DNA from: Pristiophorus japonicus
Taxonomy: Eukaryota
Assembly (NCBI RefSeq): GCF_044704955.1
Contig: NC_091990.1
Coordinates: 184,574,001 to 184,638,000, forward strand
Length of the DNA: 64,000 nt
Direction of reading: 5' to 3'
Shown: positions 48,991 to 59,720 of the stretch, piece by piece
Position numbering within the stretch: the first letter of the stretch is position 1
How the letters are laid out: every line of letters begins with the position of its first letter
Notes under the pieces: model-generated
Told to the model about the DNA's origin: nothing
Databases searched by the model: none
The model's input: the letters and a program-made list of their open reading frames with translations, nothing else
Made by a program: the position numbers and the translations under genes

Positions 48991-51900
48991 GGAACTGAGA
49001 AAGCAGCTGTGAGCACCGATGCTTTATTAATCTCGGGACTCCTGACCTTTGACTAGCCCCATGAAGTGCCTCTCAATCTCGCCTCCATATCAGTGTCGAG
49101 TTTCCCCAACCCCACGAAACCAATGCAGGCATTACGTTCAAATTGTGGTGAAAATCGCATTCAATCACCGTGATTTAAATATTAAAATCACTAACCCGCC
49201 TCTCCAGAGGGAGTTACTTCCTCACATCCAAACCTGCCACGATTAAACTCAAAATACGATTGTTAACACTCTGTTACTTAACCCCACCACCCCCTCAACC
49301 CACTCCTGCCCAGCATGGGGGGAGGGGCAGGGGCGGGGTGGTGTGGTGGTGAGGGGTTTACAATTCCCCCCAGTAAGTTTGTTCTGTTCACTGAAAACCA
49401 GCTCAGTAAAATATTGCTCATTGTTGCTCCGTAAAAAGTAACATTTTGGCCCCTATTTTCACCACGATTGTGCACTGATTTTTGGTGTCCAAATGTTTTT
49501 TTGTGGTGAAATACTCACTTTCCAACTTTCGCCAATGTTTGGACGTTGGCACCGACCCGAGTCAAAACGGGATCCGCCGCTGTTTTTGTGCATGTCATCA
49601 ATTTTGGCCGACGATTATTTTTTTCAGTACAGTGCACACTGTCCAAAACCCCACAAAAAAAACCATATGTTAACTTAAGGAATCAGCGCAGCACACACGA
49701 GGACAGGAGTGAGGCAATAAGAATACGCGATAAAGTACCTTTTTTTCCACAGAGACCTCTTTTTGGAGCAAGGGAAGAAGATTTCCGGGCCGAAAGGACT
49801 GCTCCCATCGGATGGACCTGCTGCAATCCCGGGCCGAATTGCTCCTTGCCCTCTCTGCGAGTTAAAGTTCGGGAGCAGGAGGGCCTCGGCCTGGGTTTGC
49901 AGTGGGTCCAGCCGGGAGGGCGGGAGGGGCGGTGTAAGATTCCTAAATCTCTGGCATTAAATTTGACAGTGGGACAATTCTTCTAAAACAATTGGAACAG
50001 TTTATTAAAAAAATACATGGACATGCAAGGGTAACTTTGAAGGTATGAGGCGTGAATTGGCTAGGATAGATTGGCGAATGATACTTAAGGGGTTGACTGT
50101 GGATGGGCAATGGCAGACATTTAGAGACCGCATGGATGAACTACAACAATTGTACATTCCTGTCTGGCGTAAAAATAAAAAAGGGAAGGTGGCTCAACCG
50201 TGGCTATCAAGGGAAATCAGGGATAGTATTAAAGCCAGGAAGTGGCATACAAATTGGCCAGAAATAGCAGCGAACCCGGGGACTGGGAGAAATTTAGAAC
50301 TCAGCAGAGGAGGACAAAGGGTTTGATTAGGGCAGGGAAAATGGAGTACGAGAAGAAGCTTGCAGGGAACATTAAGACGGATTGCAAAAGTTTCTATAGA
50401 TATGTAAAGAGAAAAAGGTTAGTAAAGACAAACGTAGGTCCCCTGCAGTCAGAATCAGGGGAAGTCATAACGGGGAACAAAGAAATGGCAGACCAATTGA
50501 ACAAGTACTTTGATTCGGTATTCACTGAGGAGGACACAAACAACCTTCCGGATATAAAAGGGGTCAGAGGGTCTAGTAAGGAGGAGGAACTGAGGGAAAT
50601 CCTTATTAGTCGGGAAATTGATGGGATTGAAGGCCGATAAATCCCCAGGGCCTGATGGACTGCATCCCAGAGTACTTAAGGAGGTGGCCTTGGAAATAGT
50701 GGATGCATTGACAGTCATTTTCCAACATTCCATTGACTCTGGATCAGTTCCTATGGAGTGGAGGGTAACCAATGTAACCCCACTTTTTAAAAAAGGAGGG
50801 AGAGAGCTAACAGGGAATTATAGACCGGTCAGCCTGACATCGGTAGTGGGTAAAATGATGGAATCAATTATTAAGGATGTCATAGCAGTGCATTTGGAAA
50901 GAGGTGACATGATAGGTCCAAGTCAGCATGGATTTGTGAAAGGGAAATAATACTTGACAAATCTTCTGTAATTTATGAGGATGTTTCCAGTAGAGTGGAC
51001 AAGGGAGAACCAGTTGATGTGGTATATTTGGACTTTCAGAAGGCTTTTGACAACATAGAAACATAGAAACATAGAAAATAGGTGCAGGAGTAGGCCATTC
51101 GGCCCTTCTAGCATGCACCACCATTCAATGAGTTCATGGCTGAACATGCAACTTCAGTACCCCATTCCTGCTTTCTCACCATACCCCTTGATCCCCCTAG
51201 TAGTAAGGACTTCATCTAACTCCTTTTTGAATATATTTAGTTAATTGGCCTCAACTGTGGTAGAGAATTCCACAGGTTCACCACTCTCTGGGTGAAGAAG
51301 TTTCTCCTTATCTCGGTCCTAAATGGCTTACCCCTTACCCTGAGACTGTGTCCCCTGGTTCTGGACTTCCCCAACATTGGGAACATTCTTCCTGCATCGA
51401 ACCTGTCTAACCCCGTCAGAATTTTAAACATTTCTATGAGGTCCCCTCTCATTCTTCTGAACTCCAGTGAATACAAGCCCAGTTGATCCAGTCTTTCTTG
51501 ATAGGTCAGTCCCACCATCCCGGGAATCAGTCTGGTGAATCTTCGCTGCACTCCCTCAATAGCAAGAATGTCCTTCCTCAGGCTAAGAGACCAAAACTGT
51601 ACACAATACTCCAGGTGTGGCCTCACCAAGGCCCTGTACAACTGTAGCAACACCTCCCTGCCCCTGTACTCAAATCCCCTCGCCATGAAGGCCAACATGC
51701 CATTTGCTTTCTTAACCGCCTGCTGTACCTGCATGCCAACCTTCAATGACTGATGTACCATGACACCCAGGTCTCTTTGCACCTCCCCTTTTCCTAATCT
51801 GTCACCATTCAGATAATAGTCTGTCTCTCTGTTTTTACCACCAAAGTGGATAACCTCACATGTATCCACATTATACTTCATCTGCCATGCATTTGCCCAC

Positions 51901-53247
51901 TCACCTAACCTATCCAAGTCGCTCTGCAGCCTCATAGCATCCTCCTCGCAGCTCACACTGCCACCCAACTTAGTGTCATCCGCAAATTTGGAGATACTAC
52001 ATTTAATCCCCTCGTCTAAATTATTAATGTACAATGTACACAGCTGGGGCCCCAGCACAGAACCTTGCGGTACCCCACTAGTCACTGCCTGCCATTCTGA
52101 AAAGTCCCCATTTACTCCTACTCTTTGCTTCCTGTCTGACAACCAGTTCTCAATCCATGTCAGCACACTACCCCCAATCCCATGTGCTTTAACTTTGCAC
52201 ATTTATCTCTTGTGTGGGACCTTGTCGAAAGCCTTCTGAAAGTCCAAATATACCACATCAACTGGTTCTCCCTTGTCCACTCTACTGGAAACATCCTCAA
52301 AAAATTCCAGAAGATTTGTCAAGCATGATTTCCCTTTCACAAATCCATGCTGACTTGGACCTATCATATCACCTCTTTCTAAATGAACTGCTATGACATC
52401 CTTAATAATTGATTCCATCATTTTACCCACTACCGATGTCAGACTGACCGGTCTATAATTCTCTGTTATCTCTCTCCCTCCTTTTTTAAAAAGTGGGGTT
52501 ACATTGGCTAACCTCCACTCGATAGGAACTGATCCAGAGTCAATGGAATGTTGGAAAATGACTGTCAATGCATCCACTATTTCCAAGGCCACCTCCTTAA
52601 GTACTCTGGGATGCAGTCCATCAGGCCCTGGGGATTTATCGGCCTTCAATCCCATCAATTTCCCCAACACAATTTCATGACTAATAAGGATTTCCCTCAG
52701 TTCCTCCTCCTTACTAGACCCTCCGACCCCTCTTATATCCGAAAGGTTGTTTGTGTCCTCCTTATTGAATACCGAACCAAAGTACTTGTTCAATTGGTCC
52801 GCCATTTCTTTGTTCCCCGTTATGACTTCCCCTGATTCTGACCGCAGGGGATTTACATTTGTCTTTACTAACCTTTTTCTCTTTACATATCTATAGAAAC
52901 TTTTGCAATCCGTCTTAATGTTCCCTGCAAGCTTCTTCTCGTACTCCATTTTCCCTGCCCTAATCAAACCCTTTGTCCTCCTCTGCTGAGTTCTAAATTT
53001 CTCCCAGTCCCCGGGTTCTCTGCTATTTCTGGCCAATTTGTATGCCACTTCCTTGGCTTTAATACTGTCCCTTATTTCCCTTGATAGCCACGGTTGAGCC
53101 ACCTTCCCTTTTTTATTTTTACACCAGACAGGAATGTACAATTGTTGTAGTTCATCCATGCGGTCTCTAAATGTCTGCCATTGCCCATCCACAGTCAACC
53201 CCTTCAGTATCATTCGACAATCTATCCTAGCCAATTCACGCCTCATA

Positions 53248-53416
53248 GAAACATAGAAACATAGAAAATAGGTGCAGGAGCAGGCCATTCAGCCCTTCTA
53301 GCCTGCACCGCCATTCAATGAGTTCATGGCTGAACATGAAACTTCAGTACCCCCTTCCTGCTTTCTCGCCATAACCCTTGATCCCCCGAGTAGTAAGGAC
53401 TATAGAAACATAGAAA
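53248..53416 (-). mobile_element. CR1 3' stub nested in ORF2 of the full-length CR1
   Basis: Interrupts CCTCATA|CCTTC (intact at 40067-40078 and 50038-50049 on +); ATA duplicated at 53245-53247 and 53417-53419. Confidence 0.93.
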
Positions 53417-54303
53417 ATACCTTCAAAGTTACCCTTCTTTAAGTTCTGGACCATGATCTCTGAATTAACTGTTTCATTCTCCATCCTAATGCAGAATTCC
53501 ACCATATTACGGTCACTCTTCCCCAAGGGGCCTCGCACAACGAGATTGCTAATTAATCCTCTCTCATTACACAACACCCAATCTTAGATGGCCTCCCCCC
53601 TAGTTGGTTCCTCGACAAATTGGTCTAAAAAACCATCCCTTATGCACTCCTGGAAATCCTCCTCCACCGTATTGCTTCCAGTTTGGTTAGCCCAATCTAT
53701 GTGCATATTAAAGTCACCCAATATAACTGCTGCACCTTTATTGCACGCACCCCTAATTTCATGTTTGATGCCCTTCCCAACATCACTACTACTATTTGGA
53801 GGTCTTTACACAACTCCCACTAACGTTTTTTGCCCTTTGGTGTTCTGCAGCTATACCCATATAGATTCCACATCATCCAAGCTAATGTCCTTCCGAACTA
53901 TTGCCTTAATCTCCTCCTTAACCAGCAATGCTACCCCACCTCCTTTTTCTTTTATTCTATCTTTCCTGAATGTTGAATACCCCTGGATGTTGAGTTCCCA
54001 GCCCTGATCATCCTGGAGCCACGTCTCCGTAATCCCAATCACATCATATTTGTTAACCTCTATTTGCACAGTTAATTCATCCACCTTATTACGGATACTC
54101 CTTGCATTAAGACACAAAGCCTTCAGGCTTGTTTTTTTTAACACCCTTTGTCCTTTTAGAATTTTGCTGTACAATGGCCCTTTTTGTTCTTTGCCTTGGG
54201 TTTCTCTGCCCTCCACTTTTCCTCATCTCCTTTCTGTCTTTTGCTTTTGCCTCCTTTTTGTTTCCCTCTATCTCCCTGCATTGGTTCCCATCCCCCTGCC
54301 ATA

Positions 54304-55251
54304 TTAGTTTAACTCCTCCCCAACAGCACTAGCAAACACTCCCCCTAGGACATTGGTTCCGGTCCTGCCCAGGTGCAGACCGTCCGGTTTGTACTGGTCC
54401 CACCTCCCCCAGAACCGGTTCCAATGCCCCAGGAATTTGAATCCCTCCCTTCTGCACCACTGCTCAAGCCATGTATTCATCTACGTTATCTTGCGATTCC
54501 TACTCTGACTATCACGTGGCACTGGTAGCAATCCCGAGATTACTACTTTTGAGGTCCTACTTTTTAATTTAGCTCCTAGCTCCTTAAATTCGTTTCGTAG
54601 GACCTCATCCCTTTTTTTCCCTATGTCGTTGGTACCAATGTGCACCACGACAACTAGCTGATCTCCCTCCCTTTTTAGAATGTCCTGCACCCGCTCCGAG
54701 ACATCCTTTACCCTTGCACCAGGGAGGCAACATACCATCCTGGAGTCTCGGTTGCGGCCGCAGAAACGCCTATCTATTCCCCTTACAATTGAATCCCCAA
54801 TCACTATCGCTCTCCCACTCTTTTTCCTGCCATCCTGTGCAACAGAGCCAGCCACGGTGCCATGAACTTGTCTGCAGCTGCCCTCCCCTGATGAGTCATC
54901 CCCCTCAACAGTACCCAAAGCAGTGTATCTGTTTTGCAGGGGGATGACCGCAGGGGACCCCTGCACTACCTTCCTTGCACTGCTCTTCCTGTTGGTCTTC
55001 CATTCCCTATCTGGCTGTGGACCATTTCCCTGCGGTACGGCCAACTCGCTACATGTTCTACTCACGTCATTCTCAGCATCATGGATGCTCCAGAGTGAAT
55101 CCACCCTCAGCTCCAATTCCGCAACGCGGTCCGTCAGGAGCTGGAGGCGGATACACTTCCCGCACACATAGTCGTCAGGGACACTGGAGTCGTCCCTGAG
55201 TTCCCACATGGTACAGGAGGAGCATATCATGTGACCGAGCTCTCCTGCCAT
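54304..55251 (-). pseudogene. CR1 ORF1: zinc finger, leucine zipper and SGNH/GDSL esterase; one premature stop at 54481
   Basis: CSSC..CGKC, LLTDRVAELELRVDSL, IVIGDSIVRG, CLPGA, VHIGTND; same frame continues to TAA at 54304-54306. Confidence 0.92.
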
Positions 55252-55570
55252 GACTTAACCCTGAGATACACTTAAATTGGCAACAACAATGCTAAAGTTT
55301 AGTCACTGTTATAGAAGAGAAAAAAGAAAAACTACTCACCAATCACCAGCCAATCACTTACCCCCTTGGCTGTGACGTCACCTTTCTGTTTCTTTCTACT
55401 TCTTTTTTGCCTTCTCTCCCCGCTGCAGCTGCACAAGTCTCTCACTGCCGCTGGGCCTTTATAGGCCTCACCAACCACGAACTCCCGCCTCTCGGACTGC
55501 CGCCGCCTCTCGCTGCCGCTGGGCCTTTATAGGCCTCACCAACCACGCACTCCCGCCTCTCGGACTGCCC
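55252..55570 (-). promoter_or_regulatory. CR1 5' UTR with putative internal promoter
   Basis: Two copies of an approximately 69-bp GC-rich repeat each with TATAAAG (55441-55570); CRE TGACGTCA at 55373-55380; CCAAT at 55339 and 55350. Confidence 0.6.
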
Positions 55571-58177
55571 TGACAAGGTCCCACACAAGAGATAAATGTG
55601 CAAAGTTAAAGCACATGGGATTGGGGGTAGTGTGCTGACGTGGATTGAGAACTGGTTGTCAGACAGGAAGCAAAGAGTAGGAATAAATGGGGACTTTTCA
55701 GAATGGCAGGCAGTGACTAGTGGGGTACCGCAAGGTTCTGTGCTGGGGCCCCAGCTGTTTACATTGTACATTAATGATTTAGACGAGGGGATTAAATGTA
55801 GTATCTCCAAATTTGCGGATGACACTAAGTTGGGTGGCAGTGTGAGCTGCGAGGAGGATGCTATTAGGCTGCAGAGTGATTGGATTGGTTAGGTGAGTGG
55901 GCAAATGCATGGCAGATGAAGTATAATGTGGATAAATGTGAGGTTATCCACTTTGGTGGTAAAAACAGAGAGACAGACTATTATCTGAATGGTGACAGAT
56001 TAGGAAAAGGGGAGGTGCAAAGAGACCTGGGTGTCATGGTACATCAGTCATTGAAGGTTGGCATGCAGGTACAGCAGGCGGTTAAGAAAGCAAATGGCAT
56101 GTTGGCCTTCATAGCGAGGGGATTTGAGTACAGGGGCAGGGAGGTGTTGCTACAGTTGTACAGGGCCTTGGTGAGGTCACACCTGGAGTATTGTGTACAG
56201 TTTTGGTCTCCTAACTTGAGGAAGGACAGTCTTGCTATTGAGGGAGTGCAGCAAAGGTTCACCAGACTGATTCCCGGGATGGCGGGACTGACCTATCAAG
56301 AAAGACTGGATCAACTGGGCTTGTATTCACTGGAGTTCAGAAGAATGAGAGGAGACCTCATAGAAACGTTTAAAATTCTGACGGGGTTAGACAGGTTAGA
56401 TGCAGGAAGAATGTTCCCAATGTTGGGGAAGTCCAGAACCAGGGGACACAGTCTAAGGATAAGGGGTAAGCCATTTAGGACCGAGATGAGGAGGAATTTC
56501 TTCACCCAGAGAGTGGTGAACCTGTGGAATTCTCTACCACAGAAAGTTGTTGAGGCCAATTCACTAAATATATTCAAAAAGGAGTTAGATGAAGTCCTTA
56601 CTACTAGGGGGATCAAGGGGTATGGCGAGAAAGCAGGAATGGGGTAATGAAGTTGCATGTTCAGCCATGAACTCATTGAATGGCGGTGCAGGCTAGAAGG
56701 GCCGAATGGCCTACTCCTGCACCTATTTTCTATGTTTCTATGTTTTCTATGTTTCTATCCACCTTAGTTACAACAGATACAATGAGGTTATAATAAAGAG
56801 TGATATACGTTACTTCCCTTTGGCTGGCTAGTTCAGGAGAGAGAGAGAAAAGTCTTTGACTGAGTTCTTTTAAACCTCTCAAAGCCATTGTCCCTCTGAA
56901 TGCCCCACGATTGGACCTTGGTTCCAGGGCAGTTCCTTATTGGCTCTCCTCACACATGTGGCTGTCTGGCCTGGCTCAGCCATCTCTTGATTAAATTAAA
57001 TGCGTCTCCAATACACAAAACCCACCCGGCAGCTCTGTGGGCTTCCATTTTGTTTCTTATAAAACTCAGCCCTTTCGTATAATCTACACTTTTAACATTT
57101 ATACATACACAGAATCAATTTTGATCATTAATAAACACTTTTATTCTTACAGGGAGAGTGTGGAGCAGTGACAGTGGATCAAGCGGGGGAAGAGGTCCTT
57201 TGTGACCCTTTCGGCAGCGGTGGGGGAGCAGTCCTTTTGGGGGAGCGGTCTTCAGCTTGCTTCAGCATCTCTGGTTGGCCTGGCAACGTTAGCTTTTCAC
57301 GTGTGCCCAGAGAGCTTTTAGCTGAGATTTGAAGCTCCGCCCCCCCACCCCTCCCCCAGACTAACTTCGGAGAGCACAGCGCCAAATTCAAATATTTCTT
57401 TGGCGAAACTCCCGATTTTTTTTCTGCCGCAAATGTGCACAAAAAAATCGTACTTTAACATGCGCCAAAAATCCAGCAAGCGGAAAATAGGAGCCACTGT
57501 TCCCAAATATTAGTTTATATTATTAATTATAATCATCTTTTTGAAAATCACAATCACTATTTTTCAAAACAAAATATTGAAAAATGCAATTGTGATAGTA
57601 ATGATTTTCTCTTGATTTTTCATTCATTGAAATCTCGTGTGTGGTTACATGCCATACGATGTATGCACAGCTGGTCCCCACATTTCCCAAATGCTCATTT
57701 TGGTAGCGTGCCTTATCAATAGAAAAATCAAACCTGTCAGTATTTAGCTGAGGTCTCGTTGAGTCAGTAGGCTGAAAATATAATTTATTTGAGTAATAAT
57801 GGACGAGTATCTTTGTTTGTCTGAAGGGACTCTCTTGGCATGAGCTGCTCCTTTGTGTGCTGAGACATATAAAAAGTGCACATCTTTCAGTTCATTGTTG
57901 CCATTAGTGTTTTGGTAAATATATATCTTTAAAATACCTTGTCTGAATTTATTTTCTGCTTTGGACTCCAGAGCTACAGTATCTCATATGCAGAGAAATT
58001 AAATGTTCAGTACCAAATTGGAACTGTGTACCTATTGTGCATGTTACAATGAATCGAACCAACCAGAATCGTTCTTCTTCATTATCTATTATAAAAAGAA
58101 TAAGTAATACTTGGGAGCATGTTACAATGCAGCAGAATATTTGGAGAATCAAGGTGATACAGTGAACTATAAGGGTA

Positions 58178-58731
58178 AGAACATAAGAACATAAGAAATA
58201 GGAGCAGGAGTAGGCCATACGGCCCCTCGAGCCTGTTCCACCATTTAATACGATCATGGCTGATCCGATCATGAACTTAGCTCCACTTCCCTACCCGCTC
58301 CCTATAACCCCTTAATCCCTTATCGATTAAGAAGCTGTCTATCTCTGTTTTAAATTTATTCAATGTCCCAGCTTCCACAGCTCTCTGAGGCAGCGAATTC
58401 CACAGATTTACAACCCTCTGAGAGCAGAAATTCCTCTTCATCTCAGTTTTAAATGGGCGGCCCCTTATTCTAAGATCATGCCCTCTAGTTCTAGTCTCCC
58501 CCACCAGTGGAAACATCCTCTTTGCATCCACCTTGTCAAGCCCCCTCATAATCTTATACATTTCGATAAGGTCACACCTCATTCTTCTGAATTCCAATGA
58601 GTAGAGGCCCAACCTCCTCAACCTTTCCTCATAAGTCAACCCCCTCATCTCCGGAATCAACCGAGTGAACCTTCTCTGAACTGCCTCCAAAGCAAGTATA
58701 TTCTTTTGTAAATATGGAAACCAAAACTGTG
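58178..58731 (-). mobile_element. CR1 3' fragment, (TTCTTATG)n-tail subfamily
   Basis: QFWFPYLQKNILALEAVQRRFTRLIP...WNSLP; AAGAACAT tail repeats. Confidence 0.95.
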
Positions 58732-59016
58732 CTTCATCTAAATTAGTCAAGTCCAAGAGTACACTCCTAACTTGAACAATCTCTCACACTGGGGGTACTT
58801 TAACCTTTATCACCCAGCGAAATACCAACCCCGATGGAAAAAGCCCCTCACTATTTATCTTCTCAAACATTTCATAATGTTGAAAACCTCATTTATATCC
58901 CTCCTTAACCTTCTCAGTTCCATTGTTTTTCTTCATAGCTATAATCTCTCATTTGCAGTATTATTCTAGTGAATCTTCACTTTATCCATTACATGGTTCT
59001 ATATTTTTCCTATAAT

Positions 59017-59490
59017 TATAGGCGGTCGCTCAAATGAGGATGATTTGCTTCCACACCAAAGAGGATGAGTTCGCAGATGTTTCAATGAAGGACCCGATGT
59101 TCCAGTCCTGAACTCCAGGGGTGGAAGATGCCTGTGCGTGGATTTTTTAACGTGTGGTGACTGTTACACATCAGCCACCACACGGGCTTGACAGAGCTAG
59201 CCCATTATCTAGTGGCAAGGATTAACCAGGACGACTGGAGACCTGCTCTGCTGCACGGACCTAGTGCGCTCACATATCGCAGTGTGGGCTGGTCCGTGCT
59301 GCCCCTGGGCCCTCGGCTCTTCTGGGCCCCGTACCCTCATTTGCCGCACCTCCGCCACGATCTCTCACTGCACCTCCGCACCAAACATTTGCCGCACCTC
59401 CGCCATGATCACTCGCGAATCTCAGCCATGATCCCTCACCACTCCTCCGCACCGATCATCCGCCACATTGCTGCCTCGATCTCTCGCGAT
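59017..59490 (-). mobile_element. RTE-related short non-autonomous element (SINE-like)
   Basis: 3' end GTGGAAGCAAATCATCCTC...GACCGCCTAT matches the RTE 3' end at 30335-30373; TSD CTATAAT at 59010-59016 and 59491-59497; sits within a decayed CR1 (about 58870-59670). Confidence 0.75.
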
Positions 59491-59720
59491 CTATAATGGG
59501 GTAGCCAGGACTGTGTGCAATACGTCATCTATGGCCTAACCAATGCTCTGTACAAATTCAATATTACTTCCTTGCTTTTATATTCAATGCCCCTATATAT
59601 AACACCCAGAAACTCCCATTTTCTGTTTTTCTGGCCTTTTCTGACTGCATTCCCATCTTCAAAAATCTATATAATTGCACCCTAAGAACTCCTTCTTACT
59701 CAACTTTATTAAGAGACTTA

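Larger units (their letters stand above)
51054..55570 (-). mobile_element. Full-length CR1 LINE (5' UTR, ORF1, ORF2, 3' UTR, tail), inactivated
   Basis: TSD TGACAA at 51048-51053 and 55571-55576; tail at 51054-51078; ORF2 about 54291 to 51155 with stops near 54268, 53851, 52203, a frameshift near 53580 and a nested stub. Confidence 0.97.
50027..56757 (+). mobile_element. 5'-truncated CR1 split by a nested full-length CR1 (pieces 50027-51053 and 55571-56757)
   Basis: ORF2 stops at YLDFQKAFD (51052) and resumes at DKVPHKR (55571); tail at 56729-56757. Confidence 0.96.
49933..57151 (-). mobile_element. Probable solo LTR (about 490 bp when rejoined) split by CR1 insertions
   Basis: TGTAAGA...TCTTACA termini; on the minus strand two CCAAT boxes (near 56940 and 56910), TTTAAAAG (near 56870) and AATAAA (near 50000) fall in LTR order. 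No perfect TSD. Confidence 0.55.
49448..57495. mobile_element. Harbinger-type MITE, outermost layer of a nest (arms 49448-49932 and 57152-57495)
   Basis: TIRs GGCCCCTATTTTC / GAAAATAGGAGCC plus subterminal inverted similarity (TTTCGCCAA / TTGGCGAAA); TSD not preserved. Confidence 0.6.
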
